Position numbers and translations under genes: made by a program. From contig NW_027191461.1 of NCBI RefSeq assembly GCF_011745625.1, positions 434,001-498,000 of the forward strand: DNA of 64,000 nucleotides. Reading direction: 5' to 3'. This document shows positions 1 to 11,312 of the stretch, one piece after another. Positions within the stretch are counted from its first letter, which is position 1; each line of letters starts with the position of its first letter. The notes below the pieces were generated by a model. That model was not told where the DNA came from. It searched no databases and worked only from the letters and a program-made list of their open reading frames with translations. The stretch comes from Cladosporium halotolerans. Its lineage: Eukaryota.

Positions 1-2944
1 TGAGCCGATGACTGTCTCGCGGGCGGCGGATCGAGCGTTTGTTTTCAGGCCGCTTGAGCGTGAAGAGGCTTCTCCTGAGCCACATGTCTCGGATGATGCT
101 GAAGAGGAGATGTCAGGCAATGATGACGAGGTCGAGGAACCAGACGCGACACAGAACGAGTTTGAGGATGCCTCTGGAGCCAGCGAAGATGAAAATGAAG
201 TGCCCGCCGACGATGCAGAGACATCTGCAGTGGATCCCAACGAGACTATCGTCGTGGATGAGGATGAAGCCAGCAACGTGGATGAGTCGGAGGTGGCAGA
301 TTCGCCCACCGTCCAACCACCCGTCGCTTCCTACGAAGAAGACGACAGTATGGTCGATGTCGATTCATCCATGGTGGAGCCTCCGGTTGCATCCTACGAA
401 CCCGAAGACAGCACACTAGAAGCAGATTCGCCGACCGCTGAGCCACCCGTGCCGGCTTATGAGTTTGACGAAGACGACAGTGTCGTGATGCACGAAGTCG
501 AAGAAGACGATACGCAGATCGCTAGTGACCACGAGGATGACGATGACGCCCCAGACGCAACCATGTTTGGCCTGCAGACTCCACGCCATCAGACTATCCC
601 ATGGCAAAATCTCCGGGACGATAACACCATACCGGTGGACTTCGACCTGCATTTCGCCGATGTTCGCAGTCCCACTCGCATTGACGCAGAGGTGCCGTTC
701 GCCGGTGAGGACATCGTCTCGGAGACTCAGGCTGACTACACAGACGCCGATTTCGAGATGGACAATCAGACTGGTGGCTATGCTGCAGAGCCGACAATGA
801 CACTTAACGACTTCATCGATGTGGATGCGCTCGCTGAGCCAACCATGCAGGCGGATGCGTTTGCTGGCGCGGAAGATGAGGTTATTGATGTCGAGCAGGC
901 TGAGGCAGAGCCTGTGGAAGCTGCCGATGAGCAGGACAATACAGTTATCATCACAAGGCCGGAGGCGAGCTTGTCCAGCCCGGTGACACCCCGGGACAGC
1001 GAGCCAGTGCAGGCCGTAGCCACGCCGCCTCAGCACGTGGACGATGTACTGGAGGTCGTCGACGACGAGCTGGTGCCTCACTATGCGTTGCCCACCCTGT
1101 CTTCCAGGCGCAAATCGCTCCCTGCTTTGTGCAACCAGACTCCTGTTCGATCCGCCTCAAGGCCTACGACTTCAGACGGAGCCAGCATTGCGAGGATCGC
1201 CCGTCCATTCGACGAGCCCTGGTGGTCTAGGTCTCGTAGGTCCTCGATGGCGGAGCTGGCAAACTCTACGACGCCCAGCCGCAAGCACAGCACTCCTGCG
1301 AGCAAGGGAACGCCGAAGGCTGTTGACCAACTGCCGTCGTCTCCTCTCGCAGTCAAGACGCCTGCTTTCACACCAGCCAAGCGCCTCGCTCGCATTGCAC
1401 CTGGATCTGAAGCCAACAGTCAGGCTCAGACTGTTGCAGCACCTGTACGCTTCCGCACGCCTGCTCCTTCGAGCATCAAACACGCAGCAATAATTCAAAG
1501 GCTGCCATCTCAGCAGCACGAGCTTGAGTCCAAGAGAGTTGCAACTCCGACCTCGGCCCGCCGGCCGTCAGGCCATGAAGGTCCGTCGGAGCAAAAGAAT
1601 ACGAGCGTTGTTCCTCTGCGTCTGCGCACGCCGACTTCGACTCGTGCTGCTCGCACACCTTCGACTAGTGCCACGCCGCTTGCAGAAACCACTCCCGTCG
1701 CGACGCCAAAAGAGCGTTTCCCTCGTCGTTCAGCAAGACAGCCGGCCGCCAATCATGCAAGTACAGTTGCTGCTCCCGCCCGCTTCCATACTCCCATTCA
1801 AGGAAAACCTAAGCGTCCTGCTACCGCGCAAAGGCTCGCCTCGCAGAATGGCACGCCCAAGATTCAATCCGCCACGGTGACTCCTACCGGTCGTCCGGGC
1901 GCTGCTTCTCAGGAACCACCAAGGCGGACACCTTCGCCAATTAAACCAACAGCTGCAGTGACGCCGCAAGCACGTTACCCTCGGCTGCCTCCAAGACAAG
2001 CCTACGAGCAACATGCGAGCACTGTCGTTGGGCCCTCGCGGTTCCGCTCACCCGCTCATGCTAGTCCCAAGCGGCCAGCGACATCGCAGAAGCCCGTCAA
2101 TCTTCGGAAGATGGCGCTGAAATCGTCAGCTCCAGGCGGATCTCACACCCCCATCAAGACTCCTCTGAAGCCAGCGGCCATGACTCCCTCGCAAGTGCCC
2201 ATGACGCCGCACCCTGGTGCTCCGCTTCGCGGTGTCGTCGCTCTTGTCGAAGTCTTCACGCTCGACGGCGCCTCCGCCTCCGCGCCTTTCATCTCCCTGC
2301 TCCAGCGCTTGGGTGCGAGAACAACCAAATCCTGGAGCGAGCGCGTCACGCACGTCATCTTCAAAGACGGCTCGCCGACGACCCTGCAGCGCGTGCGCCT
2401 CAACAACAAAGAAGTCGCCGCGACGGGCAAGGGCTTCGCCATCCACTGCGTCAACAGCCGCTGGGTCTCCGACTGCGACGCTTCGGGCTCGCGCGTCGAC
2501 GAGGACGACGATGCCTACGCCGTCGACCTCACCGACGTCCCGCGCGGCGGCGGCCGCAGGTGCAAGTCCATGGAGCCCGCGGCGCTCGTCAACATTGGCG
2601 GCAACATCGTGCGCGACCGCAAGAGCAGCGGCGGCGGGCGGCCGTCGATCGGCCCTCGCGCTTCGCTTGGCCGGTCGGCTATGAAGCTCGGCTCGTCCGC
2701 TGAGAAGGAGAAGGACGCCGACGACACCGTCCCTTTCACGCCGGGCGTGGGCACGAACCTCGAAGGCCTGGAGGATGATTTCGACTTCGAGGAGGACGAG
2801 TCGGAGCTCTCGACGCCGGATTATCTTGCGGCGCCGGACAAGCTGGTGCAGATGACGGCGCCTATGAACCGTGTCCGGAAGCTGGAGCTGAAGGGGGAGG
2901 AGGGGAAAAATAGGCGTTTGACGTTCTGGAAGGGGAATGTTTGA
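1..2944 (+). CDS. Large low-complexity protein with C-terminal BRCT domain (microcephalin-like BRCT); 5' end probably lies upstream of the window
   Basis: 978-aa ORF whose frame is open to the window edge. Acidic N-terminus, S/T-P-rich middle, and a BRCT-like segment GVVALVEV...LLQRLGA...VTHVIFKDG...HCVNSRWVSDC. Confidence 0.8.
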   Translation, partial: EPMTVSRAADRAFVFRPLEREEASPEPHVSDDAEEEMSGNDDEVEEPDATQNEFEDASGASEDENEVPADDAETSAVDPNETIVVDEDEASNVDESEVADSPTVQPPVASYEEDDSMVDVDSSMVEPPVASYEPEDSTLEADSPTAEPPVPAYEFDEDDSVVMHEVEEDDTQIASDHEDDDDAPDATMFGLQTPRHQTIPWQNLRDDNTIPVDFDLHFADVRSPTRIDAEVPFAGEDIVSETQADYTDADFEMDNQTGGYAAEPTMTLNDFIDVDALAEPTMQADAFAGAEDEVIDVEQAEAEPVEAADEQDNTVIITRPEASLSSPVTPRDSEPVQAVATPPQHVDDVLEVVDDELVPHYALPTLSSRRKSLPALCNQTPVRSASRPTTSDGASIARIARPFDEPWWSRSRRSSMAELANSTTPSRKHSTPASKGTPKAVDQLPSSPLAVKTPAFTPAKRLARIAPGSEANSQAQTVAAPVRFRTPAPSSIKHAAIIQRLPSQQHELESKRVATPTSARRPSGHEGPSEQKNTSVVPLRLRTPTSTRAARTPSTSATPLAETTPVATPKERFPRRSARQPAANHASTVAAPARFHTPIQGKPKRPATAQRLASQNGTPKIQSATVTPTGRPGAASQEPPRRTPSPIKPTAAVTPQARYPRLPPRQAYEQHASTVVGPSRFRSPAHASPKRPATSQKPVNLRKMALKSSAPGGSHTPIKTPLKPAAMTPSQVPMTPHPGAPLRGVVALVEVFTLDGASASAPFISLLQRLGARTTKSWSERVTHVIFKDGSPTTLQRVRLNNKEVAATGKGFAIHCVNSRWVSDCDASGSRVDEDDDAYAVDLTDVPRGGGRRCKSMEPAALVNIGGNIVRDRKSSGGGRPSIGPRASLGRSAMKLGSSAEKEKDADDTVPFTPGVGTNLEGLEDDFDFEEDESELSTPDYLAAPDKLVQMTAPMNRVRKLELKGEEGKNRRLTFWKGNV

Positions 2945-3177
2945 GGTTGAGATTGAGATTTGGGTTGGGATTGGGATGGCGTTCATTTTGGGTCTGGTTT
3001 GATTGGATTGGATTGGGCTGTTTTCCTCTATACCCTTCAAGCGACGAGCTTGGCTTTTCGTAGTCTTTCGTTACTGTAGCTTTGAACGGCCGTTACTTTG
3101 ATGAACTTGGGACGTTTTGTCAATGTGAGACTGTCATTACTCATTGGCAAGCGCGGAATCACAAAAATAAGTCGATG

Positions 3178-3641
3178 CTACACCGACGCAGTCACCCAAG
3201 CCTTCATTGCCCGAATCGCATCAGCATCGTGTGCCCTCAGCAGTTCTGTGGCCTTCGGCCTCGACAAATCAAGCTGATCAGCCTTGAAAGGAGGGATTAG
3301 CAAAACACTTCACTAGCTCCCACAAGCTCAAAACTCACCAACAACCCAACATCCGCAGCATCAACCTTGACCAGCTTCTGCGGCTCTCCAGCTTTGCTCT
3401 GCGAGGGCGCAGCTTTCTTGCCCCCGCCGCCAGCCCCAGAGCCGCCGCTGCCCAGCGCTTTCATCGCATCGTTGAGAGCTTTGAGGTCGACATCTTTCTT
3501 GGGAGCCGCGGCGGGCTCGTCCATCTTCTTGTTGTCGAGCGAGGACAGGGCTGCTGCTTCGGCGGCGGCGGACGCGGCGGCTGGTGGGCCCGTGGGCGTC
3601 GAGGCGCCTTCGTGGACGTCGGGGGGTTGGGGCTCGGCCAT
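3178..3641 (-). CDS. HYPK-like (huntingtin-interacting protein K / NAC-UBA-like) protein, 2 exons: 3641-3339, 3282-3178
   Basis: GTGAGT donor at 3338 and CTAAT..AAG acceptor at 3283 join VKVDAADVGLL to ADQLDLSRPKATELLRAHDADAIRAMKAWVTASV*, the typical HYPK UBA-like C-terminus. Confidence 0.8.
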
Positions 3642-3995
3642 TGTTTAGGACTATACTTGGTCAATGGAGGAATTTTGTTCACACAACGTATCGCTTTTCA
3701 CGATCAATTGTAGTGTTTCTAGATGGAATGCAGTTGGCATCGTCCAGTGATGAGGTAAATTGTGGAGTCGCTCGCGGCGGGGCAGCGCTTCGCTTCACGA
3801 GTTTCGCGGGGCGTCCTCCCGAATGCTTGATTGCTCGCATGCAGGAAATCTAATTTTGGCGCCCAGACTGACCGCTCGCTATTTCGAAAAGTGTCATTTT
3901 GGAGGATCTTCTCATCAATCGACGAGTCGAAAGCTCTCGGACGGCCGAACCCTAAGTCGCAATACGGACAGCACGACCCTCCTAGCCAGCCGCTG

Positions 3996-4002
3996 TGACT
4001 CA
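3996..4002 (+). promoter_or_regulatory. Gcn4/CpcA (cross-pathway control) site TGACTCA upstream of the DAHP synthase gene
   Basis: Perfect TGACTCA about 90 bp before ATG 4090 of an amino-acid biosynthetic gene. Confidence 0.6.
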
Positions 4003-4089
4003 GCCAAGTGGAATTACTGGCGTGTTAAGAACTTCGCGATCGCGCCCTGATCTGGAAACTCTTTCATCTGGTTCATATAAGGTTTCAGT

Positions 4090-5556
4090 ATGAACGGAAC
4101 CACTGCCAATGCCGGCACGGAATGGACGCCTTCCTCCTGGAGGAGTCGTCCCATCAAGCAGCCGGTCGAATACGAAGATGAGAACGCCGTCCAGAAGTCT
4201 CGCACCAAGCTCAATCGCCTCCCGCCCATAGTGACGCCTACTGAGATCTGGCGACTGAGACGCTCTCTGGCTGATGTGGCGGAAGGCAAAGCTTTCCTGC
4301 TTCAAGGTGGCGACTGCGCGGAGTTGTTCGATTACTGCAACGAGAACGCTATCGACTCGAAGATCAAGCTGCTACTTCAGATGTCTCTGGTGCTCATTTG
4401 GGGCGGTAACAAGCCCGTCGTTCGCATTGCGAGGATGGCGGGTCAGTACGCTAAGCCTAGGAGCTCGCCAATGGAGACTGTCGATGGCAAGCAGGTGCCG
4501 AGCTTCCGTGGCGATATCCTGAACGGCTTTGCACCAGACGCGAGAGACATTGACCCGGACCGCCTTGTGCAGGCTTACTTCCACTCCGCCGCTACGTTGA
4601 ACTACCTTCGTGCTCAAATTTCCTCCGGCATTGCGGACCTGCACAACCCGTTGGATTGGAACCTCGGCCATGTCGGCGACCAGGAGCTGCAGGCGAAATA
4701 CACGACGATCGTTGAAAGCATTCGAGAATCTCTGCGCTTCATGAAGACCATCGGCGCCGATACTTCGGGCTCTCTTCATGCAATCGACCTCTTCACCAGC
4801 CATGAAGGCCTGCTTCTAGAATATGAAGAAGCCTTAACAAGAAACCTGAAGCACCCTTCCAACCGCAACGTCCCTCCAACCCGCAAACCAGCCCCGGCGC
4901 CCAAAGTCTCACCTCTGACAGGAGGTGCTCTCCTCAACCCCTCTATCGAAGGCGAAGAGGAAACGTCCGGTTACTACAACACCAGCGCCCACTTCCTCTG
5001 GGTCGGCGACCGCACGCGACAGCCCGACCACGCCCACATCGAATACTTCCGGGGCATCGAGAACCCGATCGGCATCAAAGTGGGCCCCTCGACCTCCACC
5101 TCCGACCTAACCCAACTCCTCGACATCGTCAACCCGCGCAAAGAAGTCGGCAAAGTGACCCTCATCACCCGCTACGGCTCCGGCAAAGTCGAGGAGCTGC
5201 TGCCGGCGCACATCGCCGCCGTGCGCGCGACGGGCCACGTCGTCGTCTGGCAGTGCGATCCGATGCACGGCAACACGCGCTCGACGGCTTCGGGCGTCAA
5301 GACGCGCTCCTTCGCCGCCATCCTCGCTGAGCTCTCCTCCGCGCTCAAGATCCACCAGCAGTGCGGCTCGATCCTGGGCGGCGTGCATTTGGAGCTCACG
5401 GGCGATGCGGTCACGGAGTGCACGGGTGGGAGCGTCGGGTTGCAGGATGAGGATCTGGGCGAGCGGTACGAGACGTTCTGCGATCCGAGGCTGAATGAGA
5501 AGCAGGCGCTGGAGCTGGCTTTCTTGGTGGCGGGGAGCCAGCGGGGTGGTGATTGA
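4090..5556 (+). CDS. Class II DAHP synthase (phospho-2-dehydro-3-deoxyheptonate aldolase)
   Basis: Class II motifs LLQGGDCAE, RMAGQYAKPRS, TSHEGLLL, LWVGDRTRQ, CDPMHGNT, GGVHLELTG, CDPRLN. Confidence 0.95.
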   Translation: MNGTTANAGTEWTPSSWRSRPIKQPVEYEDENAVQKSRTKLNRLPPIVTPTEIWRLRRSLADVAEGKAFLLQGGDCAELFDYCNENAIDSKIKLLLQMSLVLIWGGNKPVVRIARMAGQYAKPRSSPMETVDGKQVPSFRGDILNGFAPDARDIDPDRLVQAYFHSAATLNYLRAQISSGIADLHNPLDWNLGHVGDQELQAKYTTIVESIRESLRFMKTIGADTSGSLHAIDLFTSHEGLLLEYEEALTRNLKHPSNRNVPPTRKPAPAPKVSPLTGGALLNPSIEGEEETSGYYNTSAHFLWVGDRTRQPDHAHIEYFRGIENPIGIKVGPSTSTSDLTQLLDIVNPRKEVGKVTLITRYGSGKVEELLPAHIAAVRATGHVVVWQCDPMHGNTRSTASGVKTRSFAAILAELSSALKIHQQCGSILGGVHLELTGDAVTECTGGSVGLQDEDLGERYETFCDPRLNEKQALELAFLVAGSQRGGD

Positions 5557-5715
5557 TTGTCTGCGAGGCGGGCAGAGATTTGGTTTGGTTTGTAGGATTT
5601 GGGTTAAAAAGTAGGGTTTCTCAGTGTTTAGATACTCGTGAAAGCATTTCGTTACAGGTATATTGAACTCTTCGGCGGATCGCCACAGCGCGATCGTATT
5701 CCACTGGAGGGGACT

Positions 5716-7674
5716 TCACAACCGTGGCTTGGTAGAGCCAGCTGCAGGTTCTTTGAACGGAAGGCCAGCGACCTCCGTGATGAGCTCCAAAGCCTCGATG
5801 AGCTTTTCGTCCTCATACCGCCTCCCAACCAACTGCAGCGAGATGGGCGCGTCGACATATGTCTTCGGGTCGTCTAGAGAAGAGAATGATTAGACGAAGT
5901 CCTTCGAAAGGCTGGCTTGTTTCCAACTTACAAAGCTCATAATTATACCTGTCGTCCTCATTCCTCGGCACATAGCCCTTCTCGACCTCATCCCCAGCAT
6001 TGCACGCCAGACCCGTAGGGAACACGAGCGCCGGATAGTCAAGCAGATTCCACTGGCTCGTGTAGCCCCAATACCGGGCACAATCCAACGGCGGTGCACA
6101 GCCGGGGCCTACGGGACAAAGAATCACATCCACCATCTCGCTCTCTTTCTCAAGGGAATTCACCTGCACCGCCTCTCCGCTTTCAGGTCCCGACAGGTCC
6201 GTCCCAACACTGTTCCAATGCCGAGCGTACGCCGCGCGGTACGCGTCACGCTCACACGTCAACTTCCAGACTTCGGGCACAGAAAGCGTCTTGACATTCT
6301 TGTTCTCCTTGAGAATGAACTCGCTCAGAGGTCTCAGGGGCTCCGAAGACGCGGCCATGGCTTCCTGCTCTTCCGAGGCGCCATCGGCGAAGTACAGGCT
6401 GCTGATGATGCGCCAGGCTTCGTCGTGGGCGTAGGGTGGGAAGTCGACTGTGGTGATGTTGGGGTTGGATTGGAGTTTGGCGAGGAGGTTGTCCATGGCG
6501 CGGAGGATGGGCGGGTGCGGTTTGACGATGGCATCGTCGCGCAGGATGCCGATGCGGAGGGTGCGGGTGTTGGAGTTTGTCCGGAGCTGGGGAAGTTAGC
6601 TTTGTGATGTAGTACTGGAAAGCGATGCTGGCGAGTTTTCTTCGTTGCTCGATTGCCATCAGGTAAGCCGAAACAATTGTCAGGGCAGTATTTTGGTTGG
6701 CAGATAGTATAGAGTGAATGACCTACCAAAGTGCCTTCGGTAACGCTGTTCTTCCAGGGCATCGGAACCAACATGGGCTCATATAGCCACGGCTTCTGGT
6801 CAATGAGCGCTTTCATGAAGATCTTAACACCTTCCAGACTGGTACTGAGCGGTCCAACCACAGGTACGATGTGTTCCGCGCCCAACATGGTGGCGGCGAA
6901 TCCTTCGAGCGGAAGACGATAAGACGACGGGCGAAGACCGAACAGACCTTGGTTTGCCGCAGGCGACCGGATTGAGCCGCCTATGTCGGTGCCAATGCCC
7001 AGGCAGCTGCCGCGTATGCCGAGGAGAGCTCCTTCTCCGCCACTGCTTCCTCCCGACGTGAGCTTGGTGTTGTAGGGATTGACCGTGACACCGTAAATGT
7101 TGCTCGATGTCTCGAGGTGCATAAGCGTCTGAGGCTCTGTTGTTCTGGCATAAAAGACGCAACCGGCGTTCCACAGTAGCTTCAGAATCAGCCCATCGTC
7201 TGGCGCGACGTTGCCGACCCAGGATACGAAGCCTGCGTTGAGGTCCTGGCCTTTCATGGCGATGTGCTCTTTGACACTGATTGGTAGGCCATGCAGAGGG
7301 CCCATGGGTTTTCCATGTCTTGCGTAGTATTTGTCGAGTTCTGTCGCCCTCTCCAGCGCTTTTTGTGGAAGCAGTTCTGCAATACAGTTGACGAGTTTAC
7401 TGGCGAGACTAGCTCGTTGAAGGAAGGCATTTACGACTTGCTTGCTTGTGAGTCTGCCCGTGGCCAGCTTATGGAGAAGGTCTTCGGTCGAAGACTCAGT
7501 GATGCGTACGATGTCAGTCGATAGCAGCTTGGCTGGGAGCGAGATCACGTTGAGAGGCAGGTCAGCTGGCGGATCAGGTATCCGCGGTTCAACACAAGAC
7601 AGAGTGTCTGCCAAATGAGTTTGGGCTGCATTGGCAATATCCTGCCACGACATGTTGCTGGTGATGTTGATCAT
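5716..7674 (-). CDS. Amidase-signature family amidase (acetamidase/FAAH-like), 3 exons; introns 6726-6587 and 5931-5874; start at 7674 or 7653
   Basis: GPLHGLPISVKE, GGSSGGEGAL and GTDIGGSIRSP motifs. Both introns have GT/CTAA[CT]/YAG signals and restore the frame. The protein ends STKPRL*. Confidence 0.9.
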
Positions 7675-8599
7675 TTTCCTGTGTCGTGCGTTTTCCGCGC
7701 GGATGTCTTTTTGAATAGAGACAAAGCTGGAGCAGACTGAAAGAAAGTACGTGGCACAGCAGCAGTTGCTAGGTATGTGCTAGAAAACCTACTCTGGGAA
7801 CATGTACCCCATGCTGATATGCGTCTGTATCTGTCGCGGTGGAGACTGATAGCGAAGAGGGGTTGCGTAGATAGCCGACAGAAGCTCAGAGCCTTGCCCG
7901 CGATAGCCCTTGGCCGAAGCTACGTGGGTGACCGAAATCGACACGGAGGTTCCATTGAAGTGAGGTCGTCTTGTCGCCTGGCTGAACAACCAGGCCGAGG
8001 CAGACCCTGTTACACGTCGCATAAGCGACTCGCTATAGAGCCCGCGGGCTATGGCTCCTGAGCTTGTCCTACACCGCGCCAAGCACGTTGGGAGCATGCA
8101 GCTGACAAAATCCCCGGCGGCGTCGGTGCGCATGACAGCTGGCTGTCGATGGTAACACCGTGTGGACGTCGACGACGCCGCGGTGAAGGCGGCGGGTTTG
8201 TCTGTTTCGGTATCCACGCGTGGCGGACAGAGAGCGCGGGCCTGGCTCCTGGGTCTGCTCACGTTTGAGACACGACCCGCGCGATGAAACGGCGCCGATC
8301 AGTGACGTATTGGGTGCGAGCCTCGGCATCTTGTGCGCCGCACGCCAACGAGCTCGCCCGGAGCGCCCAAGATCCATGCCGCTAACGATGGCTAACGAGC
8401 TAGTCCACGAACCTATACACCTCCGAGCCTGCCGCGCGTGTGCGTCTTGACACCAGGTAATGATGGACGCCGCCTCTGGCATCTTCTCGTTACTCCTTTG
8501 ACCTCTCACACTGCAACCTCTCTTCCTCTCCCTCTCGCTCTCCCTCTCCGGTACCGACCAGCCGAGTAATAACTCTGACCAGGCGACGATTAGCACATC

Positions 8600-10581
8600 A
8601 TGGCCGGTGTGTCCCTCGCATGATTACCGGTTGCGCATCGCACAGAGACTCACTCTTCTTAGGCCTGCCCGTGTCCTTGCTGGCGCCAGCCGTCGCTTCA
8701 ATCGGCGCATACGTCAATGCCAAATACGGCATATTGAGCGACCTCACTTTCATTGGCAGACTGATCGGGCAAAGTCGATACCAACCTAGCCTCGAGAAAC
8801 AAGACCGAGTGAATCTGTTTTACTTGTTTGAGTCGAACGCAAAAGACCCCAAGATCGCCAACCGAACATTCCTTCTCCTCCCTCCCGACGCTTCTGAACC
8901 GAGCAAAAAAACTGCATGGACGTACGCAGAGGCATACGAGATTGTACTCCAGTACGCAGCGTGGCTCAGGGAAGAATACAAGATCGAGAAAAATGAATCG
9001 GTCGCTATCGACTTTACGAACAAGCCGCAGTTCGTATGGATGTGGTACGCGCTGTGGAGTCTTGGTGCAGTGCCGGCCTTCATCAACTCCAACCTGAGGG
9101 ACAAGGCTTTCGTTCACAGCGTGAAGGTCTCGACAGCGCGGGTTCTGTTCGTAGACTCCAGCATCAAGGATGCTCTGAACGACCAGACACAAGCGGAGCT
9201 ATCTTCCGGCAACGAAGGAAAGGGCATCAGCACCGTCATACTCGATGACGAGACCGACCAAAATATCCGCAACAGAACTCCTTACAGGGCTCCTAACGAG
9301 GCGCGCTCTGGTAGGAAGATCAGGGATTCTGCGGTCATGATCTACACTTCCGGCACCACAGGCCTACCAAAGGCGGCCCACGTTTCTTGGGAAAAGGTCC
9401 GAGGCGCAGGAGGAGCAGTACCAAAGCTCCTCCGATTGGGTCCCGACGATCGATTTTTCTCAGCCCTTCCCCTCTACCATACCTCTGCCTCGATACTCTG
9501 CGTCTGCGCCTGTGTGGGCGTCGGCTGCACATACGTGATGGGGCCAAAATTCTCCCCTCGCACTTTCATGCGGCAAGCCACCGAAACAGAGGCCACGGCC
9601 ATGCAGTACATCGGAGAGATGTGCAGATACCTGACCGTCGCGCCACCAACGCCATACGACCGTGCCCACAAGCTGCGCCTCGCTTTCGGCAACGGTCTGC
9701 GCCAGGACGTCTGGCAGCCCTTCAAAGACCGCTTCGGTCTCGACACCATCGTCGAACTGTATGGCGCTACAGAGGGTATCGGCGCGACGCTAAACTTGAG
9801 CCGCAACGACTTCTCGCGCGGAGCTATTGGCCGGACGAACCTGATTTCCGGAATCCTCACCAATATGGGCCAGGCGCTGCTCAAATTCGACCACGAGAAC
9901 GACCAGCCCTGGCGAGACCCGAAGACCGGCCTCTGCAAGCGTGCCGCGTACAGCGAGCCCGGCGAGTTCGTCGCGAAGCTCGACCCGAACGCCATCGGGG
10001 ACAAATTCCTCGGCTACCTCGGCAACGAAAAGGCAACGAACAGCAAGATCCTGCGCGACGTGCTGAAGAAGGGCGACGCGTGGTACAGAACCGGCGACCT
10101 GCTGCGATCAGACAGCGAAGGGCGCCTGTGGTTCGTCGACCGCATCGGCGACACTTTCAGGTGGAAGGGCGAGAACGTGTCGACGGCCGAAGTCTCGGAG
10201 GTCCTGGGCTCGCACCCGGCCGTCAGGGAGGCGAACGTCTACGGCGTCACATTGCCAGGTCACGACGGACGGGCGGGCTGTGCGGCAGTCTTGTTGCGCG
10301 AAGGATATAAGCTGGACGACGCGCAGCGGCAGAGTCTCGCGGCGCATGTGAAGAAGCAGTTGCCGAAGTATGCGGTGCCGCTGTTCTTGCGGTTGAAGCA
10401 GGGAGAGCTTGAGATCACGGGGACGGCTAAGCAGATGAAGGTGGGACTGAGGGATGAGGGTGTTGACCCGGATAAGGTCGGTGAGGATGAAATTATGTGG
10501 TTGCCGAACCTGCAGGAGGGATATAAGTCGTTTTCGAGGAGCGATTGGGAGAGTCTGGGATCTGGCAAGGCGAAATTATGA
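8600..10581 (+). CDS. FAT1: Fatty acid transport protein / very-long-chain acyl-CoA synthetase (FAT1-like) with PTS1 (AKL); likely exons 8600-8606, 8663-10581
   Basis: IYTSGTTGLPKAA AMP-binding motif and the FATP signature GDAWYRTGDLL...FVDRIGDTFRWKGENVST. Ends GKAKL*. A short ATG exon plus a GT..TAG intron joins in frame. Confidence 0.88.
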
Positions 10582-11312
10582 GGCTTACACTTGATGTCCA
10601 CGAGCTAGAAATGCTGCGAAACTAAGGCACATGCAATTAATAAACGAATCATTGGAAACAGGATCGATTCCGCGCCACGTGAGCACGAGCTAGGAAGCCT
10701 TCACTGAACTAACATTGTGCAGATGAAACAAAGAGACGGCGTCAGCGCCGGAGGCATTTGCGAACACAGCATGGTTCACTAAGCCCTGCAAAGATAACAT
10801 GATTTCACTGAGTGAATGCAATATGGCCAGTAGACATTGTGCGTAAAAGCATAATCGTAGACTATGGGTACCGAGTGAGAGTCACCGCGATTTCATTGAT
10901 GAGATGCACATGTCAGCGAGCATGCGAACAGGTTTCCGTCATAGTCATCTGAGCTGGCCACCACATAGATGGTCAAATCACACTTTCCGAGGGAGCATCA
11001 TCAGCATGACAGCAAATCCGTTTCATTGAACGAAGTGAGAACAACGGAGTGTCCAGCGCAGTAGCGTTCAGAGTGAGGACACGGAGGAGAAGCCAGTTGC
11101 AGCTGGCGTCACAAGCCGAAGTTCACCCGGACACCCGCAGGTCGCGCGCAGCTGTATAACCAGCGCCTTTGAGCGCAACATTCCAGCGCAACACCACCTC
11201 CGTTTCTTCTCCCCCCCTACCTCCCTCCGCGACACCCTCTCCTACACACACAACTTGCTGGACATCTAGCGCGCGTGCAATCTACGGGAGTTACAATCAG
11301 CACCGCGCCAAC

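Noticed and set aside
6587..6726. 140-nt amidase intron as a stwintron (nested intron)
   Set aside because: The internal CAG|TACTA would leave an external intron of only about 29 nt, and no suitably placed branch site precedes it.
10930..10939. AGGTTTCCGT match to the 18S rRNA 3' end (U13/snR45-like guide)
   Set aside because: Only 10 nt, the flanks do not match, and such a match is plausible by chance.
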